Shown here one piece after another: positions 31,047-52,065 of a stretch of 64,000 nucleotides of DNA; positions within the stretch are counted from its first letter, which is position 1, and every line of letters begins with the position of its first letter. The translations under genes and the position numbers were made by a program. The DNA lies in the NCBI RefSeq assembly GCF_009914755.1, contig NC_060937.1. One strand, given 5' to 3'. Origin of the DNA: the human T2T-CHM13v2.0 reference genome, Homo sapiens. Below the pieces are notes generated by a model. The model did no database searches and had not been told where the DNA came from. It saw only the letters and a program-made list of their open reading frames with translations.

Positions 31047-32771
31047 ATGTACCATATTTTCTTTATCTAATCTATCATCGACTGGCATTTAGGTTGATTC
31101 CATGTCTTTGCTCTTGTGAATACTGCTGCAATGAACATATGTGTGCATGCATGTATTTTTATAAGACAATGATTTATATTCCTTTGGGTATATACCCCAT
31201 AATGGGATTGCTGGGTCTGATGGTATTTCTGCCTCTAGGTCTTTGAGGAATTGCCACACTGTCTTCCACATGGGTTGAACTAATTTACACACCCACCAAC
31301 AGCATTTCTTTGTCTCTGCAACCTTCCCAGCATGTTATTTTTTGGCTTTTTAATAGTAGCCATTCTGACTGGCATGAGATGGTATCTCATTGTGGTTTTG
31401 TTTGCATTTCTTTAATGATCAGTGATGTTGAGTTTTTTTTTTTTCATATTTTTGTTGACTGCATGCATGTCTCTTTTGGGAAGTGTCTGTTCAGATCCTC
31501 TGCCCACTTTTTAATGGGGTTGTGTTTTTCTTGTAAATTTAAGTTCCTCATAGACTCTGAAGGAGATATTACCAGTGAAGGCTGAGAAACAGCAAAGATG
31601 GCAGCCAGCTCCTTCCTTTGGAAGCTCCATCCCAGGGGGATACTGACCTGTATCCAGCCCGCACATACCTGCAAGAGGTGGCTGGAGACCCCTGTTGGGC
31701 ATTCTCACCCAGTCAGGAGGCATGGGATCAGGGACCCATCCAAAAAAGCAGTCTGGCTGCTTTGGGGTAGAGCAGGTGTGCTGCACTGTGGGGGATCCTT
31801 CCTCCTCCAGACCACCTGTATTCTCCAAAGCCAGCAGGTTGGAATGGCTGAGTTGACCAAACTGCAGAGGTGGCAGCTGCCCCTCCCACCAGGAGCTCCA
31901 TTTCAGGGAGAGATCAAAGCTCTGTCCATAGAACCGCTGCTGGAGTGGTTAAAGCCCCTACAGGGATTCCTGCCCAGTGAGGAGGAATTGATTGGGGTCC
32001 TGCTTAAAGAGGCAGTCTGGTCATGATCTGGCAAGCCAGCTGTGCTGTGTCGTGGGGAACTCTTCCTTGTCCAGACTGTCTGTATTCTCCATAGCTGGCA
32101 GGCTGGAGTGGCTGAGTCTATGAACCACAGTGATGCTGGCTGCCTCTCGCCACCTCCCCGGGAACTCAGACCCATCTGAGGTGGATTCCAACCTGCTGCT
32201 GTTGGCAGGCTAGGATTCCAAGCCAGTGGGTCTTAACTTGTGAGGTGCCAAGGAAACGGGGCCTGCAGAATGATGCTGCCTGGCTCCCTGGATTCAGCCC
32301 CCTTCCCAGAGATACGTATGGACAGATTTCCCACTGTGCTGAAGATCCCCGGGGCTAGAGTGTGTAAAACTCCTGGGTTTCTGTGTGTGCCTGAGCAGCT
32401 GATGTGCCCAGACTCCATACAGGTCTGTGTATCAGATCCACAGCCCTGGTGGCATGGGCTCACAAGGGGATCTCTTGATCCACGGCTTGCAAAGATCCAT
32501 GAGAGAAACACGGTTTCCCGGGCAGGACTGCACACTCACTCACTGCTTCCCTTGGCTGGGAGTGGGGGTTCCTTTGGCTCCATGCCGCCCCCGGCTGGGC
32601 CATCGCACCCTCTGCCTGCTTATCTTCATTCTCCATTGGTCGACCTGTTCATCCAGTCAGTCCCAATGTGAGAACCTGGTTATCTCAGTTGAAGGTGCTG
32701 AATTCCCTCGCCCCTTTTCATTCCTCTTTGTGAGCGCGGCAGACTGCAGCTGCTTCTAATTGGCCATCTTG
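31047..32771 (-). mobile_element. Old L1PA-type element with large internal deletion
   Basis: 5' start caagatggcc at ~32771, GC-rich 5'UTR down to ~31559, joined directly to ORF2 C-terminal sequence (ORF 31089..31292 [12 protein letters not shown]). Confidence 0.85.
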
Positions 32772-33226
32772 CATCACTCTAAACATTTCTTTTTTAGCCC
32801 TAGTTCTTAATTCCTATAGCCCTTGGTTTATCACTAGTTTCTTGATAAAATAATCCGTCCACGTTCTCTAGTCATGGGATGATGACTCAGGCCAGGTATC
32901 CAGGACATTTTCTGGGAAGTAGCTGAACTTGCAGCCCTGTCCTGTTCAGAACTGAGCTAACACACTGCAGAGAGGTACTCCTTCCACCTCTCGGCAACTG
33001 ATACCAGCCCTCGATAGTTATATTTTTATTGAGGTATAATAAGTATTGTAAATTACATAAAATTAAACAATGATCCTTTCAGCTGGCATTTCACAGTAAA
33101 CAGCATTATATGTTTGAAATTAATTTAGTCATCCACAGAGCCTAAAGCAATATGCCCCGACTATAATTTAGGATCTCAACCTAAGAAAACACATTTTGGG
33201 TTATGGCATCCCCATCTTTCTTCCCT

Positions 33227-33499
33227 ATGGTAGACTATCAAAAACGGCCACAATTCTTTATAATTCCTTCCATCAAGAGTTGGAGTTTATTTTCTACTCC
33301 TTGAATCCAGACTGGTAGTGTAATTTGCATTGTCCAATAAAATGGGGTAGAATTAATATATAATTTTGAGCCTGGGCCTGAAGAGGATTTGCATTGTTTT
33401 GTTGCCGCTCCTCGGACTCTTGCCTCTGCCATCATGTGAACAGGCCTGAAGTAGCCTACTGGAGAATGAGAGACCACATGGGGCCATTCAGCCAAGTCA
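33227..33499 (+). mobile_element. MLT1 (MaLR) LTR, 5' part
   Basis: tatggtagac...ggagtttattttctactccttgaatc...gccatcatgtgaac motifs. Confidence 0.7.
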
Positions 33500-36355
<2,856 letters not shown>

Positions 36356-36587
36356 AGCCAAGTCATTTTAGACTAAACCAGTCCTCAGATGACCCAGTAG
36401 CTGCCCACAGATACATGAATGAGCTTAGTTGAGACAGGAAATCCTTTCTGCAAGCACCTAAATTGGACAGTTAAGCCCATACCAAATTCACATACCACAG
36501 TATCATGAGCCAAATAAATAGTTGCTGTTATAAGCCAGTAAGTTTTGGGGTGGTTTGTAACCACTGGCACAACTGTAACTGGTATCA
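36356..36587 (+). mobile_element. MLT1 LTR, 3' part
   Basis: atcatgagccaaataaatagttgctgttataagccagtaagttttggggtggtttgt is the typical MLT1 3' end. Confidence 0.75.
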
Positions 36588-36721
36588 ATCCATTATGATT
36601 TTTTTTCCTTGAAAGAGTACATTTTTAAAAGAATACTGCCATATCTGGGTCAGTATTAAACTTATGACTACACAGTCTACATTCACTAAGAAATGAGTAT
36701 TTGTCAGATAAAGACCCTTAC

Positions 36722-36786
36722 CTTGATTGGATTTCTATAGAAAGACTGCCTTCCAGAAGATGGAAATGACATAGCAATAATACGTT
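36722..36786 (-). CDS. TPTE: TPTE exon, phosphatase domain
   Basis: TAG|RIIAMSFPSSGRQSFYRNPIK|GTAAG, 65 nt. Confidence 0.96.
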
Positions 36787-37524
36787 CTAAAAGTCAAAAT
36801 CATCACTATTACAAACATTATTATAGATTTCATACAACATACAAAAAAATTAATTTATACATGATCAGATTCCATTTTCACAGAAAAAAAACCTTTTAAG
36901 ATTGAGGTTGACAGAAAAGAGCTAATACTCAGGATAATCAAATAACATATTAAATTATCCAACACAATGACCATTAAACTGCCATGGAGTTCTTAAGTCT
37001 CCACTAGTTCTAACTGTATGCCATGTATTTATGATGGCCTCAGTCTGAAGTTCCCCCTGTTCTTAGAATTTATTTCTTATCTTAAATACCAGAGAAAATC
37101 CAAGATTTCTGGGCACCAGTGATGGTGGGAACTCCCAAGGTGCTTTGCAGCCCTCTGACTCAGAAAACCTGAGATCTACAAAGCACTGACCTCATTCTCT
37201 GGGATTCTAGGATAAGAAGAGGTCTCCATGGGATCCCTGGGACTCAGAAATAACTACTAGAGGTTAATAAATTGAAACTCAAATGGAGTCAGCTGAAAAT
37301 CCATTCAAGTTCCTATGCTGCAACTGAGTAGTCTTGAATTGAGAAGACATGTAGATCTTCCATTGCCAGGGCTAAACCACAAATATGTCACACTATCACA
37401 GTAGCATATATCCTCATGAATAAAGAATATTTTGAATGAATGTGTCTTAGATGAGGCAAAAAAAAATACAATTACAAGAAAAAGTGAAGTAATACAAGTA
37501 AATCAACGGTTAAGTGTCACAAAC

Positions 37525-37588
37525 CTGTAACGTAAGTGAGGTCTAGGTCAAATCCATCCCTTGTGTATCGCCTTTTGTTTTCTGAAAC
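37525..37588 (-). CDS. TPTE: TPTE exon, phosphoinositide-binding linker
   Basis: CAG|[21 protein letters not shown]|GTTTGT, 64 nt; homologous to the PTEN N-terminus [20 protein letters not shown]. Confidence 0.96.
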
Positions 37589-37734
37589 CTGACAGTTTAA
37601 AATCGTCATTAGTTTGTGAAACACTCATCAACATAAAAATAAAAAACATTATACAGTATAGATATCAACCCTTGTCAATGGGTCCCAAAACACAAAATAT
37701 TTTTGTGAATCATAAGCATGTTTTGCCCACTTAC

Positions 37735-37834
37735 CCGCCTTCTTATCAGCTTTTCAAGTTGTCTTTTTTGATGAAACAGATGAAAAATTCTTAACAGAAT
37801 AATAAGTCGTAGAAGTCGAAGTAAATGTGTCCAT
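37735..37834 (-). CDS. TPTE: TPTE exon, S4 voltage-sensor helix and linker
   Basis: TAG|[33 protein letters not shown]|GTAAGT, 100 nt. Confidence 0.96.
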
Positions 37835-37905
37835 CTAAGAATAAATTTAAACGATCCATTTTTGCTTCAGAAACAAAATTTTATCAATATAAACTATGTC
37901 TAGAG

Positions 37906-38163
37906 CAGCAGTTGTTAACCAGAGGCAATTTTCCCTCCTCTCCCCAATTACCTACCTGGGGGATATTTGGCAATGTCTGGAGGCATTTAGGTTTTCACCA
38001 CTGGCGTGCGTGCATGTGTGTGTGTGTCTGTGTGTTACTTACATCTAGTGAATAGAGGCCAGGAATTTTGCTAAACACCCTACAATTAATATAACTGCTC
38101 ACCACCCTCTTATGACAATCATCTGGCCCAAAATGTCAGTAATGCTGAGGCTGAGAAATTCTG
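37906..38163. mobile_element. MER20 hAT DNA transposon with 8-bp TSD
   Basis: cag...ctg termini, ggatatttggcaatgtctgga and ggcccaaaatgtcagtaatgctgagg motifs; perfect TSD gtctagag at 37898-37905 and 38164-38171. Confidence 0.88.
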
Positions 38164-38421
38164 GTCTAGAGAAATAGTGATACAATAGACTCTTAGCATC
38201 TGTAAATTTAATTTTGGGATTTAAGACTAGCATTTTCAATTTTTTCCACATCAAAACAAATCGATTATTCTTGTTCATCTTTGTTATTCCCATGAGTAAC
38301 AGATGTTCACTACAGCTGCTACTACACATCAGGGAGGCAACAGATTGAGATACTTCCGAAGTGTGCTAGCTGGAATCTCCCCTACCATCAGAACCACTGA
38401 AGCAGAGAACTGATGGTCTGG

Positions 38422-38610
38422 ACTAGTGCTTCTCTGATTTGGGCACACATCAATAAGAGCCACCTGGAAAAGCTTGTTAAGCTGCAGATTGCTGGGTCCC
38501 AGAGATACTGATTCAGTGGGTCCAGGGTGGGGCCTAAGGTATTTTTCTTCTTATATTTCTAGCAAGCTGTCAAGTGATGCTGACGTTTCTAGTCAGAGGA
38601 CCACATTGGC
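38422..38610. mobile_element. MER5A-like DNA transposon
   Basis: tgcagattgctgggtcccagagatactgattcagtgggtccagggtggggcc. Confidence 0.75.
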
Positions 38611-39481
38611 TGAGGTTATTTTCAAATAACTCCAAAAGCCTATCACTTAACATGCTTTTAGTTGGGGCCTGAGCTGTAGTCCAGGGAAGCTAGGGTACAA
38701 AAAGAAATCAGCTATTTGACCCATGAACAAGCTTAGGAAGCCACCATCTACATCCCAGTATACATTTGCTCTTTCATTTTCCTCCTTGTCACAGTAAAAA
38801 AAGAGTCACCAGGGCTTCATATACTCTTTAGTTTCCCAATCCCACTTCTAACTTTGCCTGCTTTCTTTGTTTCTACCACAACTATACTGCAAAACTCTAC
38901 TATTGTGTTGCCACGTGTCATCTCCTAGTTTCTGTTCTGTTTGCTATTTTTTAGAAACTCATGATTGAAGTCACTCTAATTTTGCATATGCTCAAATAAA
39001 TTCCCTCTTGGCTGTAGGAAAAATCCAGACAGAACATTATGTGTAAGGGATCTGTAGTTGAAGCACAGAGGGGAATTGTTTTCAATATAAATTTTTTTGA
39101 TATAGCAGATATTAAACTGATAAGAATATTATACTTGATCTTAGCCAAAAGGCCAAAAAATGATACAAATGGGAATTTGACGAGAACTTCAAAATGTAGA
39201 GAAGTTAAAGTTAGTACAAGAGTAAAAGTCCTTCTTTGGGGTACTGCATCTTCTTTATTCCATTAATGGTACTTAGCCTGTATACTCTTCACCGGTCCCT
39301 AAATATCACAATCTTTTAGTTTCAAAGTATGTGGGAATTTACCTAAACATTTCATTTTAAAGCAATGTATTTGGTATAGAATGAGAACATTTGAAGTTGA
39401 AAAGATTATATAGAATAAAAGGCACAGAAAATGCTAAAATTAATGAAAAACTTTAAGAGAGGTAAGTCTTATGTTTCATAC

Positions 39482-39601
39482 CTGGGAATATTCCTAAGCA
39501 ACTTAATGTCAAAAAAAATGTAAACGACATCAACCAGCAGAAGAATCACAATAATGGCAGTATCTAAAATGTTAAATAAGTCAGAAAAATACTGCTGTCT
39601 C
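39482..39601 (-). CDS. TPTE: TPTE exon, S3 helix
   Basis: CAG|[39 protein letters not shown]|GTATG, 120 nt. Confidence 0.96.
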
Positions 39602-39864
39602 CTGTAATATAAAACAAAAAAAATAAGTTCATTCCCCCCTGCAAGAAGAGATAGGAATATTTAAAGACCACAAACTATTGACTCATCCCCATTAAGAATT
39701 CTACTATCATGAATTATTTAAAATGTATTTTCTAGAGTAGACTAAGGGAAAAATATAACATTCATGGGAAGTTTTCAAACAATAAAATTATATTCATCAT
39801 TTGACACTTATATGTGACTAAAACACCAACATGGCAATTCAAACATAATAAGAGATATAACTAA

Positions 39865-46240
<6,376 letters not shown>

Positions 46241-46243
46241 CTA

Positions 46244-46274
46244 AAATAAACAAATAAATAAATAAATAAATAAA
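46244..46274. repeat. (TAAA)n repeat forming the acceptor tract of the S1-S2 exon
   Basis: Read directly. Confidence 0.85.
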
Positions 46275-47369
46275 TGCAAAGATAAAGGGGCATTTGTCCC
46301 TGTAGCTATACTATATTTAAGCCACTGATCAGGTACCAAAATGTTATTATTTAGTATTAAGCTGCCCAGTGGCAGGAAAAACTGTAATGCCTTAGAATCT
46401 CAGAAAAATCACTGTTTTCACCCAATAGAAGCAGTTCTTAATAAACAAAATTCTCACCAAACCACTTCACAAGATATTATAGTAAACACATCAGACCAAC
46501 ACCTCAAGAGAGAAAAGTAAAACTGAATTAAAATCACCTGTCTGTTTACAAACTCTTCTTAAAATTTGCGAATTTCATAAGAAGTTTATACCAATTTCTC
46601 ATAAAAAATAAACCCTCATTAATCTGGATAATTCTAAAGAATTTATTAATAAAAACCAAATGAAAGCATGAGTAACATAAGCTCTTAAAAGACCAAGATT
46701 TTTCATCAGTGACATTTTCAACAAGTACATGATTTCATATTTATGGGTGCTTCTAGCAGAGTGATGGGCACATGAGTCTTGAACTCTAAAGTACCTCCTG
46801 CCACTTGCTGTTACATATTCTAAATACATTCTCCATAAATTGATTAGACTATTTGCCTAGTCTATAAAGGTGAATTAGTCTTTGAAGTACTTTTTTAAAA
46901 ACTTGCAGCTCAAATTCAAATATTATTAATTCAAAAGGAAACAATTATATCGTATAAATCTATATCATAGTATGAAATCTTACTCTTATGTAGAGAAGAG
47001 TCTAAGTAAATTGTTTCCAGAATTAAAGAGTAATTCCTGATGTATAAGGTACTAATAAAACACTTTACTAATAATTATAGAATTTTAACATTTGATTTTC
47101 ATTAATGTTACTTTTGCAGATGGAAGAAAAACAATATTAATATATTACAATTAATCTTAGGCAAAAGCCATTTATTTGCAATTCTTAATGTCCAGCTTAA
47201 ACCAAAATTCCATGATAAATTAGATTACATTAGATGGGGCACATGGCTACTTAGCAACTGATGGACAGTGGAAATGCTTTTTTGTTATTTTATTTCAGTA
47301 TTTCTCATTGAAGTATTAAGTCTCATATATATATATGTATGTATAGATATATATGAGACTCATATATTT

Positions 47370-47678
47370 TCTTTTCTTTTTTTTTTTTTTTTTTTTTACA
47401 TGGAGTCTTGCTGTGTCGCCAAGGCTGCGGTGCAATGGTGCAATTTCAGCTCACTGCAATCTATGCCTCCTCGGTTCAAGCGATTCTTCTGCCTCAGCCT
47501 CCTGAGTAGCTGGGATTATAGGCACCCACCATTATGCTTGGCTAATTTTTGTATTTTTAGTAGAGATGGGGTTTCACCATGTTAGCCAGGCTGGTCTTGA
47601 ACTCCTGACTCCATGTGATCCGCCCGCCTCGGCCTCCCAGGGTGCTGGGATTACAGGTGTGAGCCACCGTGCCCAGCC
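47370..47678 (-). mobile_element. AluS
   Basis: Full-length antisense Alu. Confidence 0.92.
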
Positions 47679-47725
47679 AAGTCTCAGATATATTTAATAC
47701 ATGGTGTTTTCTATGTCTCACATAC

Positions 47726-47776
47726 CCAAATGCAAAGGATGATACAATTGAATGCACAATTTTCTTAATCTTGCTG
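47726..47776 (-). CDS. TPTE: TPTE exon, S0 helix
   Basis: CAG|SKIKKIVHSIVSSFAF(G)|GTATGT, 51 nt. Confidence 0.95.
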
Positions 47777-48463
47777 CTGCAAAAAGAAGTAAAAATAAAA
47801 TTAATCAGATTTCTTCTAACATATATTGTAAATTTAACCAAAAAACAAAGGCCCTTATAAATATAATTTCAAAAGAAAATTATTCAGAAGTTGTATAACA
47901 AAATGCTTTTTACTAATAGCTAAAATTTTATTCTTCCTGCTCCATGAGTATTTTACTTGTTTACTATGCTATCCAGAAGACAGTAAAGTTTGGATGTTTA
48001 GTAACATTTCCATTGCATGCAAAGCCCCAACCCCAACTTTATGGCAATACTAAACTTAAACTGGTGGTCATCATCTCAAGGAGTATAGCATGAAGACAGA
48101 AAAGGGTGGTAGAAGAGAACTGTATTTTAATGCCAGCCTGGGCAAATCATCAAACTTTGGCCAGATCTCAGTTTCCACTGCAATAAAATAAGGTGTTTCA
48201 GGAATGAGCATAGGGAGTAAATGATGCTCTTGTCATCTCCTCGAACTAGACACCTAGTGAACAGATGAGTCGCATATGAGGTTGCAAACGAACTTCAGAG
48301 GTAAGACATTTTAGTAAGATATACTTCAAAGGAGAAACACCGGAAAGACTGGGCTCCTTCCATTAATCAAAGGAAGGAGAACCTGTTTGATGGAGCCTCC
48401 AATAATGCCTCATTTTACCTTATGGCTGGAGACAAGGTAGCTCATGAGGAACAATTTTTTTTG

Positions 48464-48534
48464 TCCTACTGAAGCCTCCTGTGTTGGAGGCTCTTCAGGA
48501 GGAGAAGCCTCCAACACAGGAGGCTTCAGTAGGA
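48464..48534. repeat. Perfect 29-bp inverted repeat with 13-nt spacer
   Basis: tcctactgaagcctcctgtgttggaggct (48464-48492) / agcctccaacacaggaggcttcagtagga (48506-48534). Confidence 0.95.
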
Positions 48535-48699
48535 GAAGACTTCAGGAAGTTTCTGTCATACTGAAGCCTCCAACACAGGACTCAAATTCCACCCCAAGAG
48601 CCATGAATCCTAAGACAATGCTCACAGCCTGTGCCTAAGACGGGAGAACAAAGAGGGCAGATACTGAGCAGAACTGGGGCACTGACAATTGGCCTTTGA

Positions 48700-49532
48700 C
48701 ATGAACAGACATTTCTCAAAAGAAGACATGCATGTGGCCAACAAACATATGAAGAAAAGCTCAATATCACAGATTAGAGAAATGCAAATCAAAACCACAA
48801 TGAGATACCATTTCACACCAGTCAGAATGGCTATTACTAAAAAGTCAAAAAATAACAGATGCGGGCAAGGTTGCAGAGAAAAGGGAACACATATACATTG
48901 TTGGTGGGAGTGTAAATTAGTTCAATCACTGTAAAAAGTACTATGGCAATACCTTGAAGAGCTAAAAGCAGAACTATTTGACTGAGCAATCCCAATACTG
49001 AGTAGATACCCAGAGGAATATAAATCATTCTACTATAAAGATACATGCATATGAATGTTCACTGCAGCACTATTTACAATAGCAAAGACATGGAATCAAC
49101 CTAGGTACCCATCAATGACAGATTGGATAAAGAAAATGTGGTACATATATACCATGGAATACTATACAGCCATAAAAAAAGAATGAGATCATGTATTTTG
49201 TGGGAACATCAATGGAGCCGGAGGCTCTTATCCTTAGCAAACTAGTGCAGAAACAGAAAACCAAATACTGAATGTTCTCACCTATCAGTGGTAGCTAAAT
49301 CATAAGGACTTATGAACACAAAGAAGGAAATAGACACTGGGGTCTACTTAAGTGGGGAGGGCAGGAGGAGAGAGAGGAGCAGAAAAGATAACTATTTGGG
49401 TACTGAGCTTAATACCTGGATGATGAAATAATATGTAAAAAATAAAAAAAAACAACCTCCCTGACACAAGTTTACCTATGTAGCAAACCTCACGTGTACC
49501 ACCAAACCTAAAATAAAAGTTAAAAAAAAAAA
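48700..49532 (+). mobile_element. 5'-truncated L1PA (older) with TSD
   Basis: MNRHFSKED... ORF2 end, 3'UTR, polyA; TSD aattggcctttga at 48687-48699 and 49533-49545. Confidence 0.92.
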
Positions 49533-50177
49533 AATTGGCCTTTGATGAAGGATGTTAGGTTAACCTGAGATAAAAGAAATCCCCAATCCTTCTAATCTTC
49601 CCCTCTCCACCTGGACCCACCACCTCCACCCAGGCTTGGAGAGTTAAGGCTGATGTAGATGGAGGATCAATTGGCCAAAAGAGGTGAATTCTCTCCTCAA
49701 GTTGCCATTCCCTTACTACAAGAACCTCTGATCCCACACAGTCTACTAGATCTCTGGGTATCAAGGAAATGTCATAAATCTGAACTCACTTGACAATGTC
49801 ACCATACAGAACCAAGTCTGACAGATTATGAAGGCATGAAGAAGTGGCTTGGGTGGCTTTAGCCCCTTAATCTGTTTCAGTGTACCCTGAAACTATACCA
49901 AGTAAATACACAATTGAGACTTTTTTGCTTAAAAAAAGAGTACTATGTAAATGAAGCTTCAAGCAGTTATGTGCAGAGTTTGCAGGGAAATAACTATGAC
50001 TCAGTAAATCCATATCCAGGAAAAGTACTGTTCACACTCGGGAGCAACAGACAGACACTCCAACATGAAGCAACACGAAGCATAGCCTCCATGTACCTTT
50101 CCTAAAAACAATTACTCAAAGTGCTTGAGTCAGCTGAGCAATGAATCAAAATGAAGAACAAAAATGTAGCAGGTGAA

Positions 50178-51228
50178 CAAAAGCAATGGCAACAAAAGCC
50201 AAAATTGACAAACAGGATCTAATTAAACTAAAGAGCTTCTGCATAGCAAAAGAAACTACCATCAGAGTGAACAGGCAACCTACGGAATGGGAGAAAATTT
50301 TTGGAATCTACTCATCTGACAAAGGACTAATATCCAGAATCTACAAAGAACTCAAACAAATTTACAAGAAAAAAATCAAACAACCCCATCAAAAAGTGGG
50401 CAAAGGATATGAACAGACACTTCTCAAAAGAAGACATTTATGCAGCCAACAGACACATGAAAAAATGCTCATCATCACTGGCCATCAGAGAAATGCAAAT
50501 CAAAACCACAATGACATACCATCTCACACCAGTTAGAATGGTGATTATTAAAAAGTCAAGAAACAACAGGTGCTGGAGAGGATGTGGAGAAACTGAACAC
50601 TTTTACACTGTTGGTGGGACTGTAAACTAGTTCAACCATTGTGGAAGACAGTGTGGCGATTCCTCAAGAATCTAAAACTAGAAACACCATTTGACCCAGC
50701 CATCCTATTACTGGGTATATACCCAAAGGATTATAAATCATGCTGCTATAAAGACACATGCACACGTATGTTTATTGCGGCACTATTCACAATAGCAAAG
50801 ACTTGGAACCAACCCAAATGTCCAACAATGATAGACTGGATGAAGAAAATGTGGCACATATACACCATGGAATACTAAGCAGCCATAAAAAAGGATGAGT
50901 TCATGTCCTTTGTAGGGACATGGATGAAGCTGGAAACCATCATTCTCAGCAAGCTACCGCAAGGTCAGAAAACCAAACACTGCATGTTCTCACTCATAGG
51001 TGGGAATTGAACAATGAGAACCCTTGGACACAGGAAGGGGAACATCACACACCAGGGCCTGTCATGGGGTGGGGGGATGGGGGAGGGATAGCATTAGGAG
51101 ATACACCTAATGTAAATGATGAATTAATGGGTACAGCACACCAACATGGCACATGCATGAATATGTAACAAACCTGCACATTGTGCACATGCACCCTAGA
51201 ACTTACAGTATAATAATAATAAAAAAAA
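50178..51228 (+). mobile_element. 5'-truncated younger L1PA with TSD
   Basis: Close to L1PA ORF2 C-terminus and 3'UTR; TSD gtagcaggtgaa at 50166-50177 and 51229-51240. Confidence 0.94.
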
Positions 51229-51764
51229 GTAGCAGGTGAAAATGTAAATAAATGATTCTAAAAGTAAAGATAAATAATATAAAATCATGAATAATAGTAT
51301 TGATTTGAATTTTTAGGCATTCTTACACTAGGATTCAAGGTGTGGAAGAAGATAGAAGTAAAGGCAGGTTGCATTTCTTATCTTTCACAGGTACGAGTCC
51401 AGTTTTATTCTCGATATTGATGGAAAAAATGGTATAATTATGTTTTCTAAACATTTAAATATAAACATTGATAGACTAGAAATGGGCTTCTGACTTGCAT
51501 ATCAACAAAAAATGCAAGGGATGAAAACAAATCAGATAATAGCAAAACATAGACAAATTTACAAAGAAAATATCAAAGTATTTTTAATAAAGAAAAAGAT
51601 GATAAATAAAACCAAACGTACCAGAAATCATAAATACAAACATATTACTCTCATATTGCATATTGAGAAATACTCTCAGATAACTTTGAAATTAAAGGCA
51701 TTACATGCTATACATGAGAGACAAAAACTAAATTTAAATGACAATTCAAAAATAAAGAGATAGC

Positions 51765-52065
51765 GGCCAGGCGCGGTGGCTCACGCCTGTAATCCCAGCA
51801 CTTTGGGTGGCCAAGGTGGGTGGATCATGAGGTCAAGAGATCGAGACCATCCTGGCCAACGTGGTGAAACTCCATCTCTACTAAAAATACAAAAAATTAG
51901 CTGGGCGTGGTGGTGCATGCCTGTAGTCCCAGCTACTCAGGAGGCTGAGGCAGGAGAATCGCTTGAACCTGGGAAGTGGAGGTTGCAGTGAGCTGAGTGG
52001 AGCCACTGCACTCCAGCCTGGTGACAGAGCGAGACTCCGGCTCAAAAAAAAAAGAGAGAAAAAAA
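51765..52065 (+). mobile_element. Alu (AluSc-like)
   Basis: ggccaggcgcggtggctcacgcc... with polyA tail. Confidence 0.93.

Noticed and set aside
50186-51168. L1 ORF2-like ORFs as an active retroelement
   Set aside because: 5'-truncated ~1-kb copy with frameshifts; cannot be autonomous.
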